DNA of 64,000 nt. It comes from Candidatus Uhrbacteria bacterium. GTDB taxonomy: Bacteria; Patescibacteriota; Patescibacteriia; JACPHY01. Numbering within the stretch: position 1 is the first letter of the stretch; every line of letters begins with the position of its first letter. A program made the position numbers and the translations under genes. The notes below the pieces were generated by a model, which did not search any database, was not told the DNA's origin, and saw nothing but the letters and a program-made list of their open reading frames with translations. The stretch spans positions 8,170 to 72,169 of the forward strand of contig JACPHY010000003.1 in NCBI GenBank assembly GCA_016188355.1, in the 5' to 3' direction. This document shows positions 45,242 to 53,671 of this stretch, one piece after another.

Positions 45242-46183
45242 ATGCTTGCCGCGATCCTCGGTGCCATTATTCCCACCTTCGGATTTGTCGGCATTGGTTG
45301 GTTTTGCCGCCGCGTAGGCGTGTGGGGACGCGACGCGGTGCACGTGCTCAATAGCTACGCCTACTACATCGCGCTCCCCGCGCTCATTTTCGACGCGGTG
45401 TTCAAGATCGATTTCCTTTCCACAGCAACCACGCAGGATCTGCGCTATCTCCTCGGTCTGCTGCTCGGCCATGTGATCGTCGCGGCGATTGCCGTCATCG
45501 CTACTTGGCATGCACCACGTCCCATCCGTGCGGTCGCGCCCATGCTCCTCACTTTTGGATCAACCGCGTATCTCGGCATTCCCTTCGCGACGTTCGCATT
45601 TGGTGCCGCCGGTACTGCGTACGCCGCTATTGGCTCGGTGGTCGTCGTCGTGGCCATGCTCTTCATCGCCCTCACCACGCTGAATGCCTTCAGTCAACGC
45701 ACGCACCATACCGCAACGTGGCAACAGCTCCTCGAGCTTCCCTTTCTGTGGGTAGTCCTCGCTGGTCTCTTCCTGCCCATACTCGGCATCAAATCGCTCC
45801 CCGACGCCCTCGCCCATCCCATTGAGATTCTCGCCGGTTCCGCAGGTCCCACCTCTCTCCTCGCGCTGGGCGCATTTGATTTTGATCTCCAATGGAAACG
45901 GATTCCCTGGCGCTGGTCGCTCCCATTCGGTATCGGTAAGGTGATCCTCTGCAGCGTAGCGACATTCTTTGCCCTCAAATTCTTTGGGGTCACCGGGCTG
46001 CCACTCGCGGTGGGCACCACGCTCGCTGCCACCTCAATTGCCGTGACCGCATTTGTCCTTTCCGAGGAATACCGTACAAGCACCAACGTCACGGATGGTG
46101 CGATTGCCGCCTCCAGCATGACCGCGCTCCTCTGCCTCTCCCTCATCCTGGCGCTCTGGGTGGGGACCGGGGTGTTCCAGTAG
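45242..46183 (+). CDS. AEC-family (auxin-efflux-carrier-like) membrane transporter
   Basis: 313 aa, about 10 TM helices. N-terminal 'ILGAIIPTFGFVGIGWFCRR' and 'YIALPALIF' are typical of the AEC/malate-permease family. Confidence 0.75.
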   Translation: MLAAILGAIIPTFGFVGIGWFCRRVGVWGRDAVHVLNSYAYYIALPALIFDAVFKIDFLSTATTQDLRYLLGLLLGHVIVAAIAVIATWHAPRPIRAVAPMLLTFGSTAYLGIPFATFAFGAAGTAYAAIGSVVVVVAMLFIALTTLNAFSQRTHHTATWQQLLELPFLWVVLAGLFLPILGIKSLPDALAHPIEILAGSAGPTSLLALGAFDFDLQWKRIPWRWSLPFGIGKVILCSVATFFALKFFGVTGLPLAVGTTLAATSIAVTAFVLSEEYRTSTNVTDGAIAASSMTALLCLSLILALWVGTGVFQ

Positions 46184-46270
46184 CGCGCATTCCGAACGAT
46201 CGCCACAGCAGAGCAGCCGATTCGGCTGCTCTGCTGGTTTATGCTCCCCCGCATCCTCCTACGGAAACCT

Positions 46271-46513
46271 CTACGGCTCATCCACTCCTCCATGCGACCA
46301 CGGGTTACATCGCAGCACACGCCAGACTCCCCGCAATGCTCCACGGACCACACCGTAGCGGGTCACCGCCTGACGTGCGTATGCGGAGCAGGAGGGAAAA
46401 TATCGGCAGTATCCGTTCGGAAATACCCATCGCCCCACCCGACTGTGATCCGGAGAGATGCATCGCTGGTACAGGGAAATAACGCCGACCGCAAGTCGCT
46501 GCGGAAGCTGCAT
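46271..46513 (-). CDS. yidD: membrane protein insertion efficiency factor
   Basis: 'ISLYQRCISPDHSRVGRWVFPNGYCRYFPSCSAYARQAVTRYGVVRGALRGVWRVLRCNPWSHGGVD' matches the YidD signature (C..SP...CRF.P.CS.Y...A....G...G......R.LRC.P...GG.D). Confidence 0.8.
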   Translation of the reverse strand: MQLPQRLAVGVISLYQRCISPDHSRVGRWVFPNGYCRYFPSCSAYARQAVTRYGVVRGALRGVWRVLRCNPWSHGGVDEP

Positions 46514-46553
46514 TATTGTGGTGTACACAATTGTTGTCCACATATATCCCAAG

Positions 46554-46997
46554 CTATCCACTGTTTTCTCCTAGCGACGTTTCCGCACTATTTTGCCTTA
46601 CTGGAGAAGAAATTCCTGATTTTTGCCTATGCGTGGTGTGGATATCCACCCAAAATCCACAGAGGAGGTGCGCGCGGTGCAGTGCAGCACCAATTTGCGC
46701 CGAAATATCCTCATATTCCTTGCCCACCATGGACGGTTTCGCTGTGATCACCAGGTCCACACCAGGACGAATGCTGGGCAAGTGGCGGCGAAGCACCTCC
46801 CGGATCAATCGCTTCGTACGATTCCGGACCGTGGAGCGCTTCGACACCTTGAGGCCCGCCACCACGGTTGCCCGAACGAGCGGCAGCCGATTCGGTGCGA
46901 ATCGAATGATGCAGTCCAACGCAGCAACGGGCCTCCCGGTGCGGGAGACCCGTTGGACGTCACGTGTCTGATGGAGTCGATGACGTCGCGGCAGCAT
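46554..46997 (-). CDS. rnpA: ribonuclease P protein component
   Basis: 'LPRRHRLHQTRDVQRVSRTGRPV...VSKRSTVRNRTKRLIREVLRRHL' matches the RnpA RNR motif region. Directly downstream of rpmH. The C-terminal extension may be shorter than the ORF. Confidence 0.8.
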   Translation of the reverse strand: MLPRRHRLHQTRDVQRVSRTGRPVAALDCIIRFAPNRLPLVRATVVAGLKVSKRSTVRNRTKRLIREVLRRHLPSIRPGVDLVITAKPSMVGKEYEDISAQIGAALHRAHLLCGFWVDIHTTHRQKSGISSPVRQNSAETSLGENSG

Positions 46998-47006
46998 ACT
47001 CCGTGC

Positions 47007-47162
47007 TTAGGATGCAGTCCGCCGCGCAGACACCACGATGCGCTTCCGCCCCTTGGCGCGACGCCGTTGCAGCACCGTGCGACCCGCCTTCGTCCGCATG
47101 CGGCGCAAAAATCCATGGCGCCGCGCTCGCCGCCGCTTCCGCGGTTGGTACGTACGCTTCAT
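47007..47162 (-). CDS. rpmH: 50S ribosomal protein L34
   Basis: Hand translation of the minus strand (not in the track, <60 aa): '[51 protein letters not shown]', canonical L34. Confidence 0.85.
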   Translation of the reverse strand: MKRTYQPRKRRRARRHGFLRRMRTKAGRTVLQRRRAKGRKRIVVSARRTAS

Positions 47163-47694
47163 ATCTTATGAGACCTCTGCAAGAATCGCTTTCGTGCCAG
47201 GGACGTGATGTTCGAGCGAGCTGCGCGACGCAGACCCGAGCGATATCCAGCGGATCTCGTGAACGGTCGAGGAACGCAGCGCAGCCGAACAGCGCGTTCC
47301 TGGCGCGAATCTGGATTTTTGCAGAGGTCTCTTATTGCAATATCCGATGAACACCATTGGTGCGCACCCGCTAGTCCGAAGTCACCGTACCGTAATGACA
47401 AAACGATGTCAATGGAGCACACGGGGATCGATTCCCCCGTCTCATTTCCTGATTCCAAAACCTGCGGCGCCGCGCACGCGTCATGGAGCATTCGTGGGGT
47501 CGTCCACCGCTTCTCCACCTCCCATCCACGGAAACGCCTCCGAGCGCGCTTGTCCTGCGTCCGAACATGCGCGAAAATAAAACGCGTAGCCGGTGGTATC
47601 TCGTTCGCGGCGGAGGAGCGCGCACGGGGATCTTGTTGGTGCGTGATGGTCCTCGTATACTCCACCCGCGGGTTAACGCGTGTCGGTGGTACGT

Positions 47695-49104
47695 ATGCTC
47701 GATTGCACGCAAGCATGGCAGGCCGTCCTTGGGGAGCTCGAACTCCTCATTTCGAAACCGAATTTCACGACGTGGTTCAAAGGTTCTGGCCTCCTCTCGT
47801 TCGATGAACAATCGGCGATCGTTTGCGTGCCCAACACGTTCACGAAGTCGTGGCTCGAACAGAAGTACCACCAGCACATTCTTCGCGCGCTCCAGAACGT
47901 GACGCAGGTGCGCATTCGTCAGGTGGTGTATCGCGTAGAGGTGGTGCGGGTAGAAGATCGCCCCCTCCGTCGGGAGATGCCCGTTGCCGCGGCAGCGGTT
48001 CCCACTGCATCCGCGCCGTATGCGACGGAATCCGCCGCAGCGGCACCAAAGGAAGCAGCGGTCGTGAATCAGTTCGGTCTCAATCAGAAATATCTCTTCG
48101 ACACGTTCATTGTCGGCAAGAGCAGCGAACTCGCGCACGCTGCGTGCCAAGCAGTAGGATCCGCGGTCATTGATGGCCGCCAAAAACCGTACAATCCGCT
48201 CTTCATTTACGGCGGCGTGGGCCTTGGGAAGACCCACCTCCTCCAGGCGGTCGGCAATCGCGTCCTCAAATCGATGCCGCAAGCACGCATCCGGTACGTG
48301 ACCTGCGAGCAGTTCATGAATGATTTTGTCGCAACCGTGCGTGGCGGACAGGGGAAGGACTTCCACGATCGCTACCGCAACATCGATCTCCTCCTCATCG
48401 ACGACATCCAGTTCATTGCCGGAAAAGAGGGCACCCAGGAAGCATTCTTCCATACCTTCAACCACCTCCATCAGAATGATAAACAGGTGGTCCTCACGTC
48501 CGATCGTCCACCAAAGGCAATTCCCGCGCTCGAGCAACGACTCCTCTCGCGTTTCGAGTGGGGCATGATCGCGGACATTCAAAATCCGGACCTCGAAACA
48601 CGCATTGCCATTCTTGAGGCGAAGTGTCGCGAGCGCAATTTCCCGGTCGCCACGGAAGTGGTCCGCTTCCTCGCAACGAACATCCAGAGCAACGTGCGGG
48701 AACTCGAAGGCGCGCTCAATAAGTTCTTCGCGCACGTGCAATTCCACAAAGTGCCGACGACGGTGGAGGTGGCGCGGCAGATCATCACGCAACTCAGCAC
48801 CCTCCCCCGGCGCACCGCGCTCACTCCGAGGCAGCTCGTGCAGGTCGTTTCCGATTTCTACGACGTGCCCATTCCCGACATTGTAGGGAAGAGCCGAAAG
48901 AAGGAGCTCGTCGTCCCGCGACAAATCATCATGTTCCTCATGCGTGAGGAGATGAAAGCGAGCTACCCTTCCATCGGCCAGGAGCTCGGCGGTCGCGATC
49001 ACACCACCGCAATGCACGCGTACGACAAGATTCGCACCGAGGTGGAGAATGACGAGAAGATCCGCCAGGACATCCAGCTCATCCGCCAACGCATCTACGC
49101 ATAA
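47695..49104 (+). CDS. dnaA: chromosomal replication initiator protein DnaA
   Basis: AAA+ 'NPLFIYGGVGLGKTHLL', sensor motifs, and C-terminal DNA-binding domain 'YPSIGQELGGRDHTTAMHAYDKI'. Start at second Met (47695); 47680 is also possible. Confidence 0.9.
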   Translation: MLDCTQAWQAVLGELELLISKPNFTTWFKGSGLLSFDEQSAIVCVPNTFTKSWLEQKYHQHILRALQNVTQVRIRQVVYRVEVVRVEDRPLRREMPVAAAAVPTASAPYATESAAAAPKEAAVVNQFGLNQKYLFDTFIVGKSSELAHAACQAVGSAVIDGRQKPYNPLFIYGGVGLGKTHLLQAVGNRVLKSMPQARIRYVTCEQFMNDFVATVRGGQGKDFHDRYRNIDLLLIDDIQFIAGKEGTQEAFFHTFNHLHQNDKQVVLTSDRPPKAIPALEQRLLSRFEWGMIADIQNPDLETRIAILEAKCRERNFPVATEVVRFLATNIQSNVRELEGALNKFFAHVQFHKVPTTVEVARQIITQLSTLPRRTALTPRQLVQVVSDFYDVPIPDIVGKSRKKELVVPRQIIMFLMREEMKASYPSIGQELGGRDHTTAMHAYDKIRTEVENDEKIRQDIQLIRQRIYA

Positions 49105-49153
49105 GAGTGAACGGAGAACCTCCCGCCACAATCACGTGGCGGGAGGTTGGTAT

Positions 49154-49609
49154 TCAGGCAGCAGCCGGAAGTGTTGGGAGCTCATGCCAGCGGGGCGCGC
49201 CGACGCTCACATTGTCCGCGAAGTGGGAGGGGTTGAGGGCATGGTCGTGCCCCGACGGAATGTAGAGGGGGACGAAATCGCCGATGCACTCCGTTCGGAA
49301 ACCAGCCGGGTTCAGGGTCGTGCCGGGGTGCAGGTACGTCCCGTCATTGCGCATCCCGCTGATCGAAACGCCGGCACGCGCGGATGCACAGCAGGCGCAC
49401 AGGAACTCCCCGCGCTGATCATGATCCTTGTAGCGCCACAACTTGCATCCCTGCGCCGCGCACTGCGTGCACCGCAACTTCCCCGCGGCCATCAAGCGCG
49501 TCCACCAATCCACCCATGCCATTTGCTCACTTCCTTTCTCATGCACGCACCGCAGCACGGCGGTGACCTGCTGATTGTTTTTATCAAACCAAGACTCCCC
49601 AAGCGCCAA
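49154..49609 (-). CDS. hypothetical Cys-rich protein (151 aa) inserted between dnaA and oriC
   Basis: 'LRCTQCAAQGCKLWRYKDHDQRGEFLCACCASA' (CxxC...C...CxCC) and 'SGHDHALNPSHFADN'. A possible metal-binding or nuclease-like fold, not assignable. Confidence 0.4.
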   Translation of the reverse strand: MALGESWFDKNNQQVTAVLRCVHEKGSEQMAWVDWWTRLMAAGKLRCTQCAAQGCKLWRYKDHDQRGEFLCACCASARAGVSISGMRNDGTYLHPGTTLNPAGFRTECIGDFVPLYIPSGHDHALNPSHFADNVSVGAPRWHELPTLPAAA

Positions 49610-49629
49610 GCGTTCAAGCTACAAGTACC

Positions 49630-50457
49630 TCACTCCCGCAAGCGAGGCACCGAGAGGCCCGAGTCGTCATTGCTACGGCCGCTGGCGCGGACGCTCACCT
49701 GACGAGAGCCGCATCTGAAGTGTACGACCACGACGTCCTGCCACGCCTTACCGCCGCTCTCGGGGACGTTGACCTCGTAGCCAGCGGCGAACAAGCCGGG
49801 GAGCTTGTCGTAGTCGATGGCGCGGATCATGTCCGGGAACATCCACGCGATCACGAGCAACTCGTCGGCGAGCGAATGGGTATCGCGTACCGCCGTGATG
49901 CTCTCGCGATCTCGGTTGGTGTTGCAATCGGCCACGATCCACTCGACGACCGCGTGGTGCGTGTGGTTGCCGTTCAGGAGCCGCAGGCACTCCACCGGTT
50001 CGCCCTTGTACTCGACCGCACCGGAGCGGAGCCGTTCCCAGGGCCAGAAGCGGCCCTCACCAAAGACGTGCTGGATGCGCGCGTAGTGCGCCTCAAAGGT
50101 CCTAGCAACTCCCTCGTCCCCCTCGCCGAAGCGGATGCGAAACGAACGGTAGGCGGACCTGCCCTTCGGCCACGCGGGAGCGGACGAAGTGAGACGGGTG
50201 AAATCCTCCTCGGTCAATCCCCACTGCTCCTCGTTATTGGCGCGACGGAGAGCGGCGAGTTGCGCGTCGATGGTCATTTCGTAGGAGCCCCTTCCATGCG
50301 CATCGATCAATCCCGGGATCGATTGCACCCACTGATCCATGAGATTGTCGTCACCGAGCAACAGAGCGAGCTGCTCAACCGTGCCGCCGAAGCGACCAAA
50401 CCGACCAAAGAACTCTGCGCTCTGTGTGATGCTCACTTCCGATGCAAGACTAGTCAT
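49630..50457 (-). CDS. hypothetical protein (275 aa), co-oriented 21 nt upstream of the Cys-rich ORF
   Basis: Start chosen at Met17 (GAGGAAGG RBS about 10 nt upstream; none before Met1 at 50505). No family recognised. Confidence 0.4.
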   Translation of the reverse strand: MTSLASEVSITQSAEFFGRFGRFGGTVEQLALLLGDDNLMDQWVQSIPGLIDAHGRGSYEMTIDAQLAALRRANNEEQWGLTEEDFTRLTSSAPAWPKGRSAYRSFRIRFGEGDEGVARTFEAHYARIQHVFGEGRFWPWERLRSGAVEYKGEPVECLRLLNGNHTHHAVVEWIVADCNTNRDRESITAVRDTHSLADELLVIAWMFPDMIRAIDYDKLPGLFAAGYEVNVPESGGKAWQDVVVVHFRCGSRQVSVRASGRSNDDSGLSVPRLRE

Positions 50458-50539
50458 GATGACCTGCCCTTCCTCTGCGCCGCCGACTAGCCCGGGTTCC
50501 GACACCTGTCGGATGACCGAACCTGCCTATTTTGGTTGA

Positions 50540-51099
50540 AAGCGGCATATTGCAGCCAATAAATTAGCCACAAAACGCCGCTTTCAACGAAGAATTCCAT
50601 GAAAAAGAACACTCATTTATAGCTCGTATTTGGGAAAAAGTCAAGCGTTTGAGCAAAAAAAACTCTTGTTCGCGCTATTTTTCAATTTACAAAGCGATGC
50701 TCTCCCATCCACGGGATCTTATCCCCACTTTCCACCGGTTATCCACTTACCCACTCCGATCCACAGAATTATCCCTCAACTCTGATAAATTTCCACATGT
50801 GGACCCATAGTCGATAGGGGTATGGAACACTGGGGCGCGTCCTGGTGATGATTCGATCACTATTCCACACCCATTTTTCGTGCCCGTTTTTGATCCCCAT
50901 TTCCTTCCCCATCCTCCCCCGCGCTACCCACGGGTTCGGCGAACTTGTGGATTGCGGTGGATTACGCTACACTGAGCTGTAATTGTGGTGCATCATTTTG
51001 ATGCCTTTGCGAGTATCCACCGCCTTATTATTATTCTTAGTATCTCTATATCTTAAGAGAGAAGAATAAGAGTACGGCATTAATGAGGAGGAAACCGAC
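50540..51099. other. candidate chromosomal origin of replication (oriC): AT-rich region with clustered DnaA-box-like 9-mers immediately upstream of dnaN
   Basis: Only extended AT-rich block in 64 kb. Boxes: 'TTATCCACT', 'gATCCACAg', 'TTATCCcTC', palindromic 'TTCCACATGTGGAc', 'TTGTGGATT', 'GGTGGATTA', 'AGTATCCACC'. AT-rich unwinding-like stretch 'ttattattattcttagtatctctatatcttaagagagaagaataagag'. Confidence 0.6.
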
Positions 51100-52224
51100 A
51101 TGCAATTCTCGTGCACTCAAGAAAATTTCCGGATCGCGCTCGGCCTCCTGAGTCATATCGCTGCCCGGCAAGGAACATTGCCCATTCTCTCCAATGTCCT
51201 TTTGCGAGCAGAATCGAAGGTGCTCACGTTGGTGGCGACTAATCTCGAGTTGGCGATGACATGTGCGCTTCGCGGCAAAGTGGAAGAAGATGGCGCAGTG
51301 ACGGTGAATGCGAAACTCTTGGGGGATGTAGTGAATCTCCTCCCGAAGGATCGCGTCGATGCGCAGACACATAGTGCGGAGCTCGAACTCTCCTGTCGTG
51401 GGAGCAACACCAAGGTGCGTGGTATGGATGCGGCGGAGTTCCCGCTCATTCCCACGGTGGATCGCGGTGCGGAGGCACGGGTGCGAATCCAGGAACTTCG
51501 GGAGGCGCTGGGGAGCACAGCGTTTGCGGTAGCGGCTACAGAGAGTCGCCCGGAGCTCGCGGGGGTACTCATCACCTTCGAATCGAGCGCGCTCACGGTG
51601 GTGGCAACGGACAGCTACCGACTGGCGGAACGAAAGCTCCCAGTGATCGCGACGACGGTTCCTGCGGGCATGAGTGTGATTGTACCGGCGCGGACGATTC
51701 AGGAGGTGCTCCGGGTCCTTGGGGTGCTCGAGGGAACGGATGATGCAGGCGAGGAGGTGGCGATTGCGGTCACCCCCACACAGCTCCTCATTACGATTGG
51801 TGGACTTCAAGTTGTCTCGCGTCTCATCGATGGGACATATCCCGACTACGCACAGATCATTCCCCGTTCGGCGTCCACGCGCGTCCGTGTCCCACGTGGC
51901 GAGCTACAATCCATTGTGCGGGCCGCAAGTCTCTTTGCGCGCACTGGGGTGAATGATGTGCACCTTCGCATGCTGCCGAATGAGCATCAGTTGGTGGTGC
52001 GCTCGGAGAATGCGCAATTGGGCGAATACCAGTCCATTGTGAGCGCGGAGGTCACCGGCGACGCCGCGCAAACGATTCTCAATGCTCGCTACCTTCTCGA
52101 CGGACTCGCCGCAATACCCGACGCGGATGTTTTTATCGAACTCACCGGCGCCGTCGCACCGGTTGTTATCCGCCCCGCGGAGCTCACGGGGTACCTCTAC
52201 ATCGTGATGCCCATTAAGCAGTGA
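51100..52224 (+). CDS. dnaN: DNA polymerase III subunit beta (sliding clamp)
   Basis: 374 aa. N-terminal 'MQFSCTQENFRIALGLLSHIAARQGTLPILSNVLL' and three-domain clamp architecture. GAGGAGG RBS. Confidence 0.9.
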   Translation: MQFSCTQENFRIALGLLSHIAARQGTLPILSNVLLRAESKVLTLVATNLELAMTCALRGKVEEDGAVTVNAKLLGDVVNLLPKDRVDAQTHSAELELSCRGSNTKVRGMDAAEFPLIPTVDRGAEARVRIQELREALGSTAFAVAATESRPELAGVLITFESSALTVVATDSYRLAERKLPVIATTVPAGMSVIVPARTIQEVLRVLGVLEGTDDAGEEVAIAVTPTQLLITIGGLQVVSRLIDGTYPDYAQIIPRSASTRVRVPRGELQSIVRAASLFARTGVNDVHLRMLPNEHQLVVRSENAQLGEYQSIVSAEVTGDAAQTILNARYLLDGLAAIPDADVFIELTGAVAPVVIRPAELTGYLYIVMPIKQ

Positions 52225-52287
52225 GGATGAGGTTTTGGCCATGATAATCCCCGCGTACCAGAAGGTACGCGGGGATTTGGGTAGTGG

Positions 52288-53562
52288 TTACTTTTGGGCG
52301 GCAACCAGCGTTGGAGGTGCTGAGGAACGACGTTGTTTTGCTTGCGTTGTTTTGAGCGCATGCACGCAGAAGGGGTGTGTCCAATCGACGCGATACCCGG
52401 TGTAGACTCCCTCTCCGCGGGGGTGCGGGGCATTGCACGGGATGAGGATCTTGATGCGGATGAGGAGGTTGAGGAGGGCGCGGCGATCGTCTTCGGTCAC
52501 CGCGGATTGCTCCTCACGGGGAATGCTGCGGAGGAGTTCCCGGAGATGGCGATCGAATCCAAATTCGGGATTGCCGTTATGTTGGCGGTGGAGATGGGAG
52601 AAGAAATGGCGGAGCACGCGTTCCACGAATGGGGCGCGGAGTTGGATGCGGAGGAGCGCCTCCTCTTGTGCGCGCGGCGTGGTGCCGAGGAGACGCTCCA
52701 AATCGCCCATGATGTCCGCGGGATTCCATCGGCGCGTTTCCTCCTCGATCTCCTCGGGCAGGGTGAGGACGATGCGCTGGACGCCATCCATGCGTGCGAG
52801 CGGTGCGCGATGGCGAAAGGTCGCCGCGGCGCATTGCCACTGTTGATCCAAGACGCGCCGCGCAAGGGGTATGAAGTTGCCGTCGTCGCTCACGAGGATC
52901 ACGCCCGCCACCACGTCCCGCCGGAGCATCTGGAGAAAATCGAGGACGTAGGTGATGAGGCTGGGATCCACCATGTCCTTCGTGCCGTGGAGTGCGTCGC
53001 AGTGGAATCCAATGGGGAATCCCGCCTCCGCAAATGCCTTCCGCCCCTCCCAGGGGATTGCGTCGTAGTTGCCGATGGCAAACGTGGTGGCGATCGGATG
53101 CCTCCGCACGAGTTGTCGCTGGAGATGACCGGGGCGTAGAGGCACGCCTGCGTCCGCGTGGATGCGGTACACGTTGTTTGCGTCTATGACCACGACCCAC
53201 GAGCGCGGTTCCGATAGCGGAGCGATGCTGGTGGGGAGTGGGGTGAGTGTGGTGGGTGGCGGTGTGGGCTCGGGCAACGATTCGCCTACGCGAGAGATGA
53301 TGGCATAGCTCACGCCCCCTTTCTTCTTGAGGTGTTGGAGTTGTACGAGTGCGCCGAGCGCTTCGGAATCCAGTCCCGCCTCGCGGAGCACCTGCCATGG
53401 ATTGACGACGATGAGTTCGCCCGTCGCATCGGACGTGGCGTGCGCACGAAGGGTCGCCATGATGTTGGCGAGGCCCGGAATTTGATTCACCGTTTCCTCC
53501 TCCTCGATTCCCTTGCGTTGGGAAAGGGCACGCGCTAGTGGCGCGTCGACCGAACGTACCAC
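52288..53562 (-). CDS. NYN/LabA-like (PIN-fold) domain protein
   Basis: 'WVVVIDANNVYRIH...ILVSDDGNFIPLARRV' is the NYN-domain acidic-residue pattern. Long helical C-terminal region. Confidence 0.55.
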   Translation of the reverse strand: MVRSVDAPLARALSQRKGIEEEETVNQIPGLANIMATLRAHATSDATGELIVVNPWQVLREAGLDSEALGALVQLQHLKKKGGVSYAIISRVGESLPEPTPPPTTLTPLPTSIAPLSEPRSWVVVIDANNVYRIHADAGVPLRPGHLQRQLVRRHPIATTFAIGNYDAIPWEGRKAFAEAGFPIGFHCDALHGTKDMVDPSLITYVLDFLQMLRRDVVAGVILVSDDGNFIPLARRVLDQQWQCAAATFRHRAPLARMDGVQRIVLTLPEEIEEETRRWNPADIMGDLERLLGTTPRAQEEALLRIQLRAPFVERVLRHFFSHLHRQHNGNPEFGFDRHLRELLRSIPREEQSAVTEDDRRALLNLLIRIKILIPCNAPHPRGEGVYTGYRVDWTHPFCVHALKTTQAKQRRSSAPPTLVAAQK

Positions 53563-53671
53563 GGAGCGCGATGGTGGTCAACAGGGGGTCGTCGGGATGA
53601 CCGTAATGGAATTGGTGGTGGACGCATAAATATAAAACCACCGGACCGAGGTCCGGTGGTTTTTGGGCCAG

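Noticed and set aside
47163-47694. oriC upstream of dnaA
   Set aside because: No TTATCCACA-like boxes or AT-rich unwinding element there. These features are instead concentrated at 50540-51099, upstream of dnaN.
47371-49131. 586-aa minus-strand ORF antisense to dnaA
   Set aside because: dnaA on the plus strand is unambiguous. The minus translation is low-complexity.
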